Position numbers and translations under genes: made by a program | DNA from: an uncultured Acidimicrobiia bacterium | GTDB taxonomy: Bacteria > Actinomycetota > Acidimicrobiia > Spongiisociales > JAOTWH01 | NCBI GenBank assembly: GCA_964195995.1 | Contig: CAXMQS010000036.1 | Location: 100,961 to 164,960 of the forward strand | Reading direction: 5' to 3' | Length of the DNA stretch: 64,000 bases | The notes under the pieces: model-generated | Seen by the model: only the letters and a program-made list of their open reading frames with translations | Database searches by the model: none | What the model was told of the DNA's origin: nothing | Part shown: piece after piece, positions 54,448-62,178 of the stretch | How the letters are laid out: every line of letters begins with the position of its first letter | Numbering within the stretch: the first letter of the stretch is position 1

Positions 54448-54468
54448 CACCCCGTTTCCACCCCGTCA
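54445..54468 (+). repeat. 24-nt direct repeat, copy 1 (ATCCACCCCGTTTCCACCCCGTCA)
   Basis: Identical to 54701-54724. Internally it is a 10-nt tandem (TCCACCCCGT twice). Weaker similarity continues about 20 nt further. Confidence 0.85.
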
Positions 54469-54566
54469 GCACGGCCTCTGGCGGTTAGCAGCGGTCAACA
54501 GCGGTTCGTCGAAACGCCAGTGCCTAGATCGTGAAACTCAGAATCGTCAGTAGCTATAGGACATCT

Positions 54567-54700
54567 GAGAACCCATGGAAACGGTTTAGGAAACCGGTGC
54601 TCTATCCCCTGAGCTACGAGGGCTGGATGTGTCCAATCGCCAATGACTACTGGAGCTTCCGGCGATCTCGATGACGCCCGAATGCTAGGCCCGACCCGGA
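54567..54700 (-). repeat. pseudo-tRNA-Arg unit, copy A (5' half of a tRNA-Arg(CCT)-like gene plus ~75 nt of its upstream flank)
   Basis: The minus strand at 54623-54581 reads GCCCTCG-TA-GCTC-AGGGGATA-GAGC-A-CCGGT-TTCCTAA-ACCGT (acceptor 5' strand, D arm, anticodon arm CCT). No T arm or 3' acceptor follows. About 80 percent identical to 59611-59743. Confidence 0.75.
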
Positions 54701-54724
54701 ATCCACCCCGTTTCCACCCCGTCA
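54701..54724 (+). repeat. 24-nt direct repeat, copy 2
   Basis: ATCCACCCCGTTTCCACCCCGTCA, identical to 54445-54468. The two copies bracket pseudo-tRNA-Arg unit A. Confidence 0.85.
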
Positions 54725-54808
54725 CAGCGGCCATTAGCGGTCACTCCCGGGCACTCGGTCGCGTCACGGTCTGGGCCGGGTGAGGAGTAGCCCTCAGGCC
54801 GCGTACAG

Positions 54809-54859
54809 CCGCCTTCACACGACGGAGGTCACTGGTTTGATCCCAGTGGCGCCCCACCA
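54809..54859 (+). pseudogene. 3' fragment of a tRNA-Val(CAC)-like gene (anticodon arm to CCA)
   Basis: CCGCC-TTCACAC-GACGG-AGGTC-ACTGG-TTTGATC-CCAGT-GGCGCCC(C)-ACCA. The T stem differs from the intact tRNA-Val(GAC) by paired changes. No D arm or 5' acceptor lies upstream. Confidence 0.6.
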
Positions 54860-54957
54860 AAACAGCCTCTGCGAACATTGCGGATTCGCTTTGCACCTGC
54901 AGTCTCGCGAGTATTGCTGAGACTGGAACCCCCATGAGATAGAGCGCATGGTCGAGA

Positions 54958-56340
54958 ATGTTGACCATGAGTGAGGAGGCCGCGTCGATGGATTGGTTGG
55001 TGATTGGCATCGGAATCACCGCGATTGTTGGCATTGGTGCTGTCGGATACCTAGTAGGCAGGGGCAGCGTGTCCGTTTCAGGGGGCGATGACACAGACAT
55101 GGCCCGCCGTCTTGAGGAGTACGAGTTCTACCCATTTGTCGTGAACCCCGACGGTCACGTTCAATTCAGCGCCGATGCGTTCAACGAAGCGGTCGCGCAC
55201 CTCCTCGAAGAACGTAATGAACGCGCAGCACGCGAACTCATTGTCATCGGCGAGCAGAACCTCGTGCGCGACACGTTCCCGAGTGATCGCCTCCAGCGCT
55301 ACAAGGAGCTCTACGCGGCATATGACGGCGATGCGGTCGTCGGCGATAACGAGGCGTTCCTGGAGAACTACAAACGCATCGTGAACCAGATCGGTCGTTC
55401 GTTCCCCAACACCGGCATAGAGATCCTGCTCCACAATCTCGTCAATCCGTCACGGTCTCTCGTCGCGATTGAGAATGCCGCAGTGACGGGACGGTCGACC
55501 GGTAGCGGCGCTACCAACCTTGTGCTCGATCTCAAGACGCGCCGCCAACGAGGCGAGGACAAGGTCAACTACGAGCTGAATATCGGGTCGCGCCAGTTCA
55601 AGTGCACGACGATTCCGATCTTCCGCCCCGACTTCGGGCTCGTTGGGGCGGTCTGCATCAACATCGACACCCGTTTCATGCGCGAAGCCGTGATGACAAC
55701 CGACGACCGGCTCGCTGCGTTCTTCGACAACCTCCTGCGAACGGATTTCGAGCTCGACGAGAACATCTTGTCGACGGACGAGTACCAAAACGCTCTTAAC
55801 GGCAAGCGTCACTACCTCGATGAGGCGATACGAGTATCGGGAGCCAAGGCACAGGAGCGCAGGCTCGCAGCCATCTTCTTCTCCGACATCGTCGGCTTCA
55901 CTGCTCTCATGGGGGACGACGAGGCGGCAACGCTTCGGATCATCGACGCGAACGACGAAATCCATCGCAAGGCGCTCGCGAAGCATCGTGGTCGGCTGCT
56001 CAAGAAGCTCGGGGACGGCATGCTGGCGAGTTTTGATTCAGTGTCGGATGCCGTCACCTGCGCTCAGGCGATTCAACGAGCCGTTGGCGAAGATGGGCGG
56101 TTCCAGGTGAGGATTGGCATCCATCTCGGTGAGGTGATTCAGGCCGACGGCGACGTTCACGGGGACGGTGTGAACATCGCGTCCCGCATACAGAGCGAGA
56201 TGAGCGCGGGCGGAATCGGTGTCTCTAAGGTCGTCTTCGACAACATCAAGAACAAGGAGGGCCTGTCGGCAACGCCGCTTGGCGAGCGCACACTGAAGAA
56301 TGTCGCCGCCCCGATGATGCTGTACTCGGTCGACACCTAG
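54958..56340 (+). CDS. membrane-anchored YheO-like PAS domain / class III adenylate cyclase fusion protein
   Basis: N-terminal TM (WLVIGIGITAIVGIGAVGYLVG). YheO-type PAS region (GIEILLHNLVNPSRSLVAIENAAVTGRSTGSGATNLVLD...GAVCINIDTRF). C-terminal cyclase domain (AAIFFSDIVGFTALMG, KKLGDGMLASF, GIHLGEV, GDGVNIASR). Confidence 0.75.
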   Translation: MLTMSEEAASMDWLVIGIGITAIVGIGAVGYLVGRGSVSVSGGDDTDMARRLEEYEFYPFVVNPDGHVQFSADAFNEAVAHLLEERNERAARELIVIGEQNLVRDTFPSDRLQRYKELYAAYDGDAVVGDNEAFLENYKRIVNQIGRSFPNTGIEILLHNLVNPSRSLVAIENAAVTGRSTGSGATNLVLDLKTRRQRGEDKVNYELNIGSRQFKCTTIPIFRPDFGLVGAVCINIDTRFMREAVMTTDDRLAAFFDNLLRTDFELDENILSTDEYQNALNGKRHYLDEAIRVSGAKAQERRLAAIFFSDIVGFTALMGDDEAATLRIIDANDEIHRKALAKHRGRLLKKLGDGMLASFDSVSDAVTCAQAIQRAVGEDGRFQVRIGIHLGEVIQADGDVHGDGVNIASRIQSEMSAGGIGVSKVVFDNIKNKEGLSATPLGERTLKNVAAPMMLYSVDT

Positions 56341-56406
56341 TCGCATTAGAGCCCGCTGGTGACAACGCCGTAGGACGGGGAATCGATTCGCCTACGTGGG
56401 GACCCC

Positions 56407-56440
56407 ACACTGGCACACCGGGGCGTGACCTCGCCTGAGG
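56407..56440 (+). repeat. R repeat, isolated partial copy R7 (right part only)
   Basis: ACACTGGCACACCGGGGCGTGACCTCGCCTGAGG, about 65 nt downstream of the cyclase stop and 15 kb from the array. Confidence 0.8.
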
Positions 56441-56517
56441 TGAAAAGATCGAAGCGCGCAAGGCCCTTCTCGGTCTTCATCAACATGCACCGCGTTTACA
56501 CGGTGGAGGCGAAACTC

Positions 56518-57444
56518 CTAGCGATAGAGATCACCGCCGAGGTACTTCAGTCCGGAGTCGGGCTGCACGGTTACGACCCGGTGCCCTGGGCCGAGGTCCT
56601 TGGCGAGGCGCGTGGCGGCCAGCACGTTGGCGCCACCGCTGGGCCCGGTCCACACTCCCTCGGTGCGAGCGACCTTACGAGCCGTGGCGAACGCATCCTC
56701 CGTGCTGACAGCATCGAGACGCTCGTAGACCTCTGGGGTGATCAGCGGAGGGACGAAGCCGACTCCGCCTCCCTCAATGGCGTGCGTTCCTGCCGGATCG
56801 CCTGCGATAACGGCAGACTCGGCCGGCTCGACGATTGTGCGGATCAGATCCGGCCATGCCTCCTTGAGCGGCGTGGTGGTGCCGACAAAGGCTCCGCCGA
56901 CCCCGACGTAGAGGCAAGCACCGTGAATTTCCCCTTCCAGCTGCGACAGGATCTCCTGTCCGATCTGCCGATATCCGTTGAGCGCGTCGACGTTGTTGAA
57001 TTGGTCGGTCGGAAAGGCTCCTTCCTCCTCGACGATCTCAGCTGCTCGCGCCTGCATTTGAGGGATGAGCTCGGGATGAATTCCGTGATCGCTAAGAATC
57101 AGCTCAACGTCGGCGCCCAGCGCCCGCATCGTCTGCAGCTTCTCCTCGGCAAAGGCATTGGAGCAGACAATGCGCAGCGGGTAGCCCTTGATGGCGCAGA
57201 CGAGAGCGAGCGAGCTACCCGTCGATCCCCCGGTGTACTCGACGACGGCCTGGCCCGGCTGAAGGTCGCCCCTCTCTTCCGCAGCTTCGATCATCGCCAA
57301 CGCCATGCGGTCCTTGTAGGACCCTGTTGGGTTGGCTGCCTCGAGCTTCACCCACACCTCAGCGGCGTTGGGTCCCGGAAAACTCGAGAGTCGAATGATC
57401 GGGGTGTTGCCGATTCCAGAGAGCGCACCTGGTCGGTCGGGCAT
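56518..57444 (-). CDS. cysK: cysteine synthase / PLP-dependent beta-replacement enzyme (CysK/CysM family)
   Basis: GNTPIIRL and LEAANPTGSYKDRMA (PLP lysine). AAGGAG RBS before ATG 57444. Confidence 0.8.
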   Translation of the reverse strand: MPDRPGALSGIGNTPIIRLSSFPGPNAAEVWVKLEAANPTGSYKDRMALAMIEAAEERGDLQPGQAVVEYTGGSTGSSLALVCAIKGYPLRIVCSNAFAEEKLQTMRALGADVELILSDHGIHPELIPQMQARAAEIVEEEGAFPTDQFNNVDALNGYRQIGQEILSQLEGEIHGACLYVGVGGAFVGTTTPLKEAWPDLIRTIVEPAESAVIAGDPAGTHAIEGGGVGFVPPLITPEVYERLDAVSTEDAFATARKVARTEGVWTGPSGGANVLAATRLAKDLGPGHRVVTVQPDSGLKYLGGDLYR

Positions 57445-57665
57445 GAATGCTCCTTGTTGCAGCGGTTGGACTGGAGGATATGAGCCGTTGATAACAAGGG
57501 CCGCGTCACGACCTGACGACTGACGCTTTCGGCAAGCTCGTGCAGCACCACAACAGTCCCAAGTTGATGGCCCTACGACGCGGTGCTCCGCCACTGCCTC
57601 CGACGAACGAACCGCGAGGAGGCGTTGGATGTGACGGCAGAGAGCTATGTCCCCTACCCACTGGG

Positions 57666-58313
57666 TCAGCTAAGAGCTTCTACCGCCTCATCGGTGTCGA
57701 GCACCGCGTTGGCGATGAACGCGAAGTTGATGAGTGCGGCCTCGTAGCCGTCCCCCAACTCGTCGTGCTGGGCCGCCGCGGTGGCGTCCTTGACGACGGC
57801 TACCTCGAAGCCATCTTCGAGGAGTTGGCGCATGTGCGCTTCAACACAGAGGTTGGCCGACATGCCGGCGAGCACAACCTTGTTGACACCCCGCTTTCGC
57901 ATCTGAAGGCTCAGGTCGTTGCTCTCGGGGCCGTACATCTTGTGCGGACTTGCGACGATGGTCTCGCCATCGTTGATGTACTGCTTGTAGCGCTCCAGCC
58001 AGTCGGCTCCCGAACCATCAAACCCTTCCAGGGATAGCGCGCCGGTGCGGTCGAACATGTTGATGTCGTGCATCATCTCCTCGACTGTGCCACCAAACTT
58101 CCACCGATGGTCTGTGGGGTAGTAGTAATGCGGCGAAATGAACACTGTGTACCCACCGGCTTTGGCCGCCTGCAGCAGCCGCTCGACATTCTCTACCGTG
58201 TTGTTGGCTTCGACGCTGGCGCCCACCAAGCCCCAGGTAACTCCGTCCGGGCTCAGGAAGTCGTTCTGGGGGTCGATGATGACCAGTGCGGTATCACCCG
58301 ATGCAATGTCCAT
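57666..58313 (-). CDS. isochorismatase-family cysteine hydrolase
   Basis: ALVIIDPQNDFLSPDG, a conserved Lys region and LAGMSANLCVE (catalytic Cys). Confidence 0.8.
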   Translation of the reverse strand: MDIASGDTALVIIDPQNDFLSPDGVTWGLVGASVEANNTVENVERLLQAAKAGGYTVFISPHYYYPTDHRWKFGGTVEEMMHDINMFDRTGALSLEGFDGSGADWLERYKQYINDGETIVASPHKMYGPESNDLSLQMRKRGVNKVVLAGMSANLCVEAHMRQLLEDGFEVAVVKDATAAAQHDELGDGYEAALINFAFIANAVLDTDEAVEALS

Positions 58314-58418
58314 GTCTCTCCTTTACGTCGCTGCCTTCACAGCACGGAGGTGAGAGTACCAACGGGCGTGGGCACGGTGCTGGCCGAGTGTCGCCTTCCG
58401 GACCGAGGCGTTACACGC

Positions 58419-59471
58419 TCACATCGGGGCCTCGAGGAACCAGGTCTTCATCTCGCCTTTGCCTTTGATGTCGACAATGCCTCGTGGTTCCAACACGTAC
58501 TTCCCTTCGAGGCGTAACCAGGCTCCCTCGCCTACCTGAATCCGGCCTGCCTCTCCAGAAGACTCCATTCTCGATGCTACGTTGATCGCGTCACCCCAGA
58601 GGTCATAGGTGAACTTGCTTGTTCCTACGACAGCACCGACCGCTCTTCCTGAATTGATGCCGATCCTGATCCGGATCTTGATTCCGTCATCCGCGATCCG
58701 ATTCTCCGTCCAATCTCTCATGTCCAGCGCCAGGCGAGCGATGACGTCGCAGTGGTCATCCCTCGGAGTGGGCGCCCCCGCGACGACCATGTAACCGTCG
58801 CCAATCGTCTTTATCTTTTCGGCACCGTGGCGATCGACGAGCCGGTCGAAAGCAGTGAACACCTCGTTCAGCAGCTCCACAGCCCTATCGGGGCTGAGGC
58901 GCGCTGTCAAGGGAGTGAAGCCGACCACATCAGCGAACAGCGCCGTGACCTCTTCGTATTGCTGCGCGATCGTATTACCCGGCTTGTCCTTGAGCTGCTC
59001 AGCGATCGCGGCAGGCAATATGTTGAGGAGCAGGCGCTCGGCTCTTTCGCTTTCAATGCGCAGCTGTCTCTCGAGGTGGCGCCGTTCGGTGATGTCGACA
59101 AAGGTAAGGACGGAGCCGATCAACTCTCCTTCGCGTTCGATCGGGTACGACCAGTACTCGGTGTGGAAGCTGGATCCGTCGGCTCTCCACATCACCTCGT
59201 TGTCGACATGGACTCCCTTTCCCTCTCTGAAGGCGAGATAGATCTGGCATTCGCTCATCGGATAGGGATCACCGTTGGGACGGGTGTGGTGGACCAGCTC
59301 GTGCATGTTCCGCCCAAGGAGTTCGTCATCGCTCTCGTACCCGAGGATGCCGAGACAAGCCGGATTGGCGAAGGTGCAAGTACCGTCGAGATCGACTCCG
59401 TAGATGCCCTCACCCGTTGAGTTCAGCAGGAGTCGGGCGAACTCTGCGCTGTCACCAAGGGCGTTACCCAA
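58419..59471 (-). CDS. PAS-sensor class III adenylate/guanylate cyclase
   Basis: PAS domain (EGIYGVDLDGTCTFANPACLGILGY...TFVDITERR), coiled-coil linker, and cyclase domain (VTALFADVVGFTPL, KTIGDGYMVVAG, IGINSG). Confidence 0.85.
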   Translation of the reverse strand: MGNALGDSAEFARLLLNSTGEGIYGVDLDGTCTFANPACLGILGYESDDELLGRNMHELVHHTRPNGDPYPMSECQIYLAFREGKGVHVDNEVMWRADGSSFHTEYWSYPIEREGELIGSVLTFVDITERRHLERQLRIESERAERLLLNILPAAIAEQLKDKPGNTIAQQYEEVTALFADVVGFTPLTARLSPDRAVELLNEVFTAFDRLVDRHGAEKIKTIGDGYMVVAGAPTPRDDHCDVIARLALDMRDWTENRIADDGIKIRIRIGINSGRAVGAVVGTSKFTYDLWGDAINVASRMESSGEAGRIQVGEGAWLRLEGKYVLEPRGIVDIKGKGEMKTWFLEAPM

Positions 59472-59610
59472 TCTGGTCCTTTCGTGTCCGACTGCAACGT
59501 TAGTCCTGGCCGATTGGCCGATTCGGACTTTCGGCCAGCGACGTGAACCACTCTCTCGCGGATACCGAACGATGTCGCCGAAGCCCAGGAAACCTCATCC
59601 GGAGGTCTCC

Positions 59611-59743
59611 GAGAACCCCTCAAAACGGTTTAGGAAAAGGGTGCTCTATCCCCTGAGCTACGAGGGCTGGATGCGTGGAATCGCCAGTACCTACGGGAGA
59701 TTCCGGCGACCTGGCTGACGACCGAATGCTCTCTCGATCCGGA
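59611..59743 (-). repeat. pseudo-tRNA-Arg unit, copy B (more degenerate)
   Basis: The minus strand at 59667-59625 reads GCCCTCGTAGCTCAGGGGATAGAGCACCCTTTTCCTAAACCGT, where the anticodon stem no longer pairs. The flank aligns with copy A through ...GAATGCT...CCGGA. Confidence 0.7.
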
Positions 59744-59794
59744 GGGGTGCACAGACCCCAACAGGTGCCAGGTCATCGCGAGGCGGGGTAAGCG

Positions 59795-60304
59795 CTAACC
59801 TTCCTGGCGAGCCGCGTCTCGCACGGTGGCGCCCCACTGCACATCGCGTTCCAGCGGCCCCCAGGACGACTTGAGGTAGGCGAGTATCGCTAGTACTTCA
59901 TCTTCGGTAATGACGCCACCGAAGGCCTCCATCTGACTCTGCGGGAAGTCACTGCCGTTGAGAATGATATTCACCAGCAACTGATCGCTGTGGTGCCACG
60001 TGTGACCCGATGAGTCCTGCGGCGGCGGCGGATAGCTGCCATCGTTGTTCGGAGTCTGCCAGTCCGAGTCGCCGGCGAGGGTGAGCCCGTGGCAGCTCGC
60101 ACAGTGTCGGCCGTAGAGCAGCTGCCCCAGCACCACCGAGCCGGGATCGAGCTCGGGAAGGGGTGGGATCTCAATCTGCTCTCCGATGACGGGAAAGCTG
60201 GGAGGCGTCGCGGGCTCCGAGGTTGTCGAGATAGCGTCGCCCGCGTCGCCGCAGGCGGCGAGCACCACCAATACCGCCAACCATCGAGCGCAACGGAAGG
60301 GCAT
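59795..60304 (-). CDS. c-type cytochrome lipoprotein
   Basis: Heme-binding CASCH. Lipoprotein signal MPFRCARWLAVLVVLAACGD. Start set to ATG 60304. Confidence 0.7.
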   Translation of the reverse strand: MPFRCARWLAVLVVLAACGDAGDAISTTSEPATPPSFPVIGEQIEIPPLPELDPGSVVLGQLLYGRHCASCHGLTLAGDSDWQTPNNDGSYPPPPQDSSGHTWHHSDQLLVNIILNGSDFPQSQMEAFGGVITEDEVLAILAYLKSSWGPLERDVQWGATVRDAARQEG

Positions 60305-60547
60305 GACCTGGACGATATCCAGAGCGCACGAGGAGACATCTGCCACTTGGATTGTCTTATGAGGATGGACTCCAGTTGGTCGATTCCGTAACCGGTCTCG
60401 ACGCTCAGTACGTCCAGAGGGAGAGGCTCACCACTGCTGAACAACAACCCGAATCCAACGTTCCTCAGCACCATCAGGTCGGGAGCCATCCCTTCAAGGA
60501 ACCCCGATGCAATTAGCTGGCGCTCCTTCACGAATGTTTCACTTCTA

Positions 60548-60850
60548 TCAGACTCCGAGTGCCTCTTCGAGCTGCTCGACACTCGGGGATGCAGAAGGTC
60601 CTGCATCGGTCATATAGGTCCGGCACGCCAACCCGACCGGAGCGAGATCACCTGATCCGAACGGATCGAGACCATCGATGAGCAGAGTGGGTGAACCAGC
60701 GAACTGATACTGCTCGGCGTCCTCCGGTGTCTCGATCTGCTGGTATTCGAGGTCTACGTCCAGCCCGTGCTCCTCAATGATTGATTTGACTCGGCCCTCA
60801 GTGACCTTCCAGTTCGGACACGAGTCGAAGTATTGAAGAGTGACGTTCAT
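60548..60850 (-). CDS. thioredoxin-fold small protein (single-Cys CPNW motif)
   Basis: AGGAG RBS before ATG 60850. MNVTLQYFDSCPNW...FAGSPTLLIDG resembles glutaredoxin/thioredoxin-like proteins found next to MerR-type regulators. Confidence 0.5.
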   Translation of the reverse strand: MNVTLQYFDSCPNWKVTEGRVKSIIEEHGLDVDLEYQQIETPEDAEQYQFAGSPTLLIDGLDPFGSGDLAPVGLACRTYMTDAGPSASPSVEQLEEALGV

Positions 60851-60858
60851 GGTGGCTC

Positions 60859-61281
60859 CTATTCGTTCTCGGTGGCCGTCGGCGCGACGACGTTGCACAC
60901 GCACGTTGTCGGCCAATCGTCCGGCAAGTCCTTCACCTGCGCTTCAAGGTTTCGAAGCTCTCGTTGCAGCCTCTTCAAGTCCTCGATCCGAGATTCGACT
61001 GCCGCAGCCTCCCGAGAGATCGTCGCCCTGACCGCAACGCAGGGAGGCTTCCCATCCCGACGGAGAGCCACAATCTCACGGACATCAGACAGCGGAAACT
61101 CCAACCGCCGAAGCCGGGCCACAAACCGAAGCAGATCGACGTCATCATCGGCGTAGCCCCGATACCCAGAATCAGTTCTGCCAGGCTCGGGCAGAATCCC
61201 CATGGACTCGTAATACCGAATCGCCGAACTCGCCAGACCCGACCGCTCAGCGGCTTCACCTATCCGTAACGTCTGTTCCAT
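60859..61281 (-). CDS. MerR-family transcriptional regulator
   Basis: LRIGEAAERSGLASSAIRYYESMGIL HTH, a coiled-coil dimerisation helix, and C-terminal Cys residues (PPCVAV, TTCVCN). Alternative start 61293. Confidence 0.85.
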   Translation of the reverse strand: MEQTLRIGEAAERSGLASSAIRYYESMGILPEPGRTDSGYRGYADDDVDLLRFVARLRRLEFPLSDVREIVALRRDGKPPCVAVRATISREAAAVESRIEDLKRLQRELRNLEAQVKDLPDDWPTTCVCNVVAPTATENE

Positions 61282-61295
61282 ACCCAACACCATAA

Positions 61296-61316
61296 ACCTT
61301 CAAGCCACTTGAAGGT
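61296..61316. promoter_or_regulatory. candidate MerR-type operator palindrome
   Basis: ACCTTCAAG-ccac-CTTGAAGGT is a perfect 9-bp inverted repeat directly upstream of the merR-like gene, in the divergent region. Confidence 0.6.
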
Positions 61317-61593
61317 CAAGCACGCGGCCGCCGCCTTCGCTGTCATCGCTGTGACGGCGCTGACTGGTGCAGTGGCCCGGCCGGCGATCATCGGACTGTT
61401 GGCGGTCCCGCTGGCGCTCCAGGTCGTCAAGGGACTCCGAGTGCACTACGACGAGCCGTACTCGCTCATGGCCATCCTGGGAAAGAACATCCAACTGCAC
61501 CTCGGGACCGGGCTGCTGCTTTTGATGGGCTACCTAATCGCCATCATCGCCGCTCACAACCTCGATGACGTGCCGGCGTTTCTGGGCGGCTGA
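61309..61593 (+). pseudogene. C-terminal fragment resembling a UbiA/MenA-type prenyltransferase
   Basis: The 94-aa TTG-start ORF covers only the last two or three TM helices (LLAVPLALQVVKGLRVHYDEPYSL...LHLGTGLLLLMGYLIAIIAA). No catalytic Asp-rich motifs are present. Confidence 0.35.
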
Positions 61594-61758
61594 GACCGGG
61601 GACTGGCGGGGTCAGGACGGTCAGGCCGCGCACGAACGTCGAGATCGAATCGCTGACCGCCGTGGCGGCGGCCCCAACGGTGCCGCTGGTGACCGAGCCA
61701 CCTTCCCACCAGACGCTCGCTGCCGCTTGACAGAGGGTGCTGGTTTGCTAAGCCCTCA

Positions 61759-62178
61759 CTAGATCAGGTCGAACACGAATGGCGACACGAGTACATGGAA
61801 GAGCGGGGCGCCGACGAGAAAGCCGAGCAGGTACACCATCGAGTTGCCTGCGCCCTGGGCGGCGAGGACGTGCTGGCGGAACGGGCACCCCTCGGCGCGA
61901 ATCGAAACCCAGCCCACTCCGAAGCCGCCGATCGCGGTCAGCAAGATGGCGCTCGTGATCGGCCGTCCGAAGCTGGCGACCGAGGTACCCCCGACAAGGG
62001 CGGCCGCCGGGAACGCCACCCACGACACCACGATGAAGGCGATGAGGCCCGTCAGCAGGAACGTGTCCCGGGCCAGGATCCAGTCACGTATCCCGCCGAC
62101 GAAGCACATCCGCGACCTCTGGCCGACGAAGCCGATCACGATTCCCACCACGATGCTGGCCACCGCCCCAACCGTCAT
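61759..62178 (-). CDS. YeeE/YedE-family sulfur/selenium transport protein (second half-size subunit)
   Basis: GFVGQRSRMCFVGG and IRAEGCPFRQ motifs, four TM segments. Start set to ATG 62178, overlapping the upstream stop (ATGA). The longer track ORF extension is Arg/Pro-rich and rejected. Confidence 0.75.
   Translation of the reverse strand: MTVGAVASIVVGIVIGFVGQRSRMCFVGGIRDWILARDTFLLTGLIAFIVVSWVAFPAAALVGGTSVASFGRPITSAILLTAIGGFGVGWVSIRAEGCPFRQHVLAAQGAGNSMVYLLGFLVGAPLFHVLVSPFVFDLI

Noticed and set aside
54809-54859. The Val-like 3' fragment as attR of the tRNA-Val integrative element, which would make a 27 kb island.
   Set aside because: The longest uninterrupted identity with the intact tRNA-Val 3' end is 8 nt. 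The anticodon arm differs (CAC versus GAC), so the pair does not look like an att core.
54741-55100. 119-aa minus-strand ORF between the tRNA scar and the cyclase gene.
   Set aside because: It has no RBS or motif, overlaps the Val-like tRNA fragment and the cyclase start region, and its composition is atypical.
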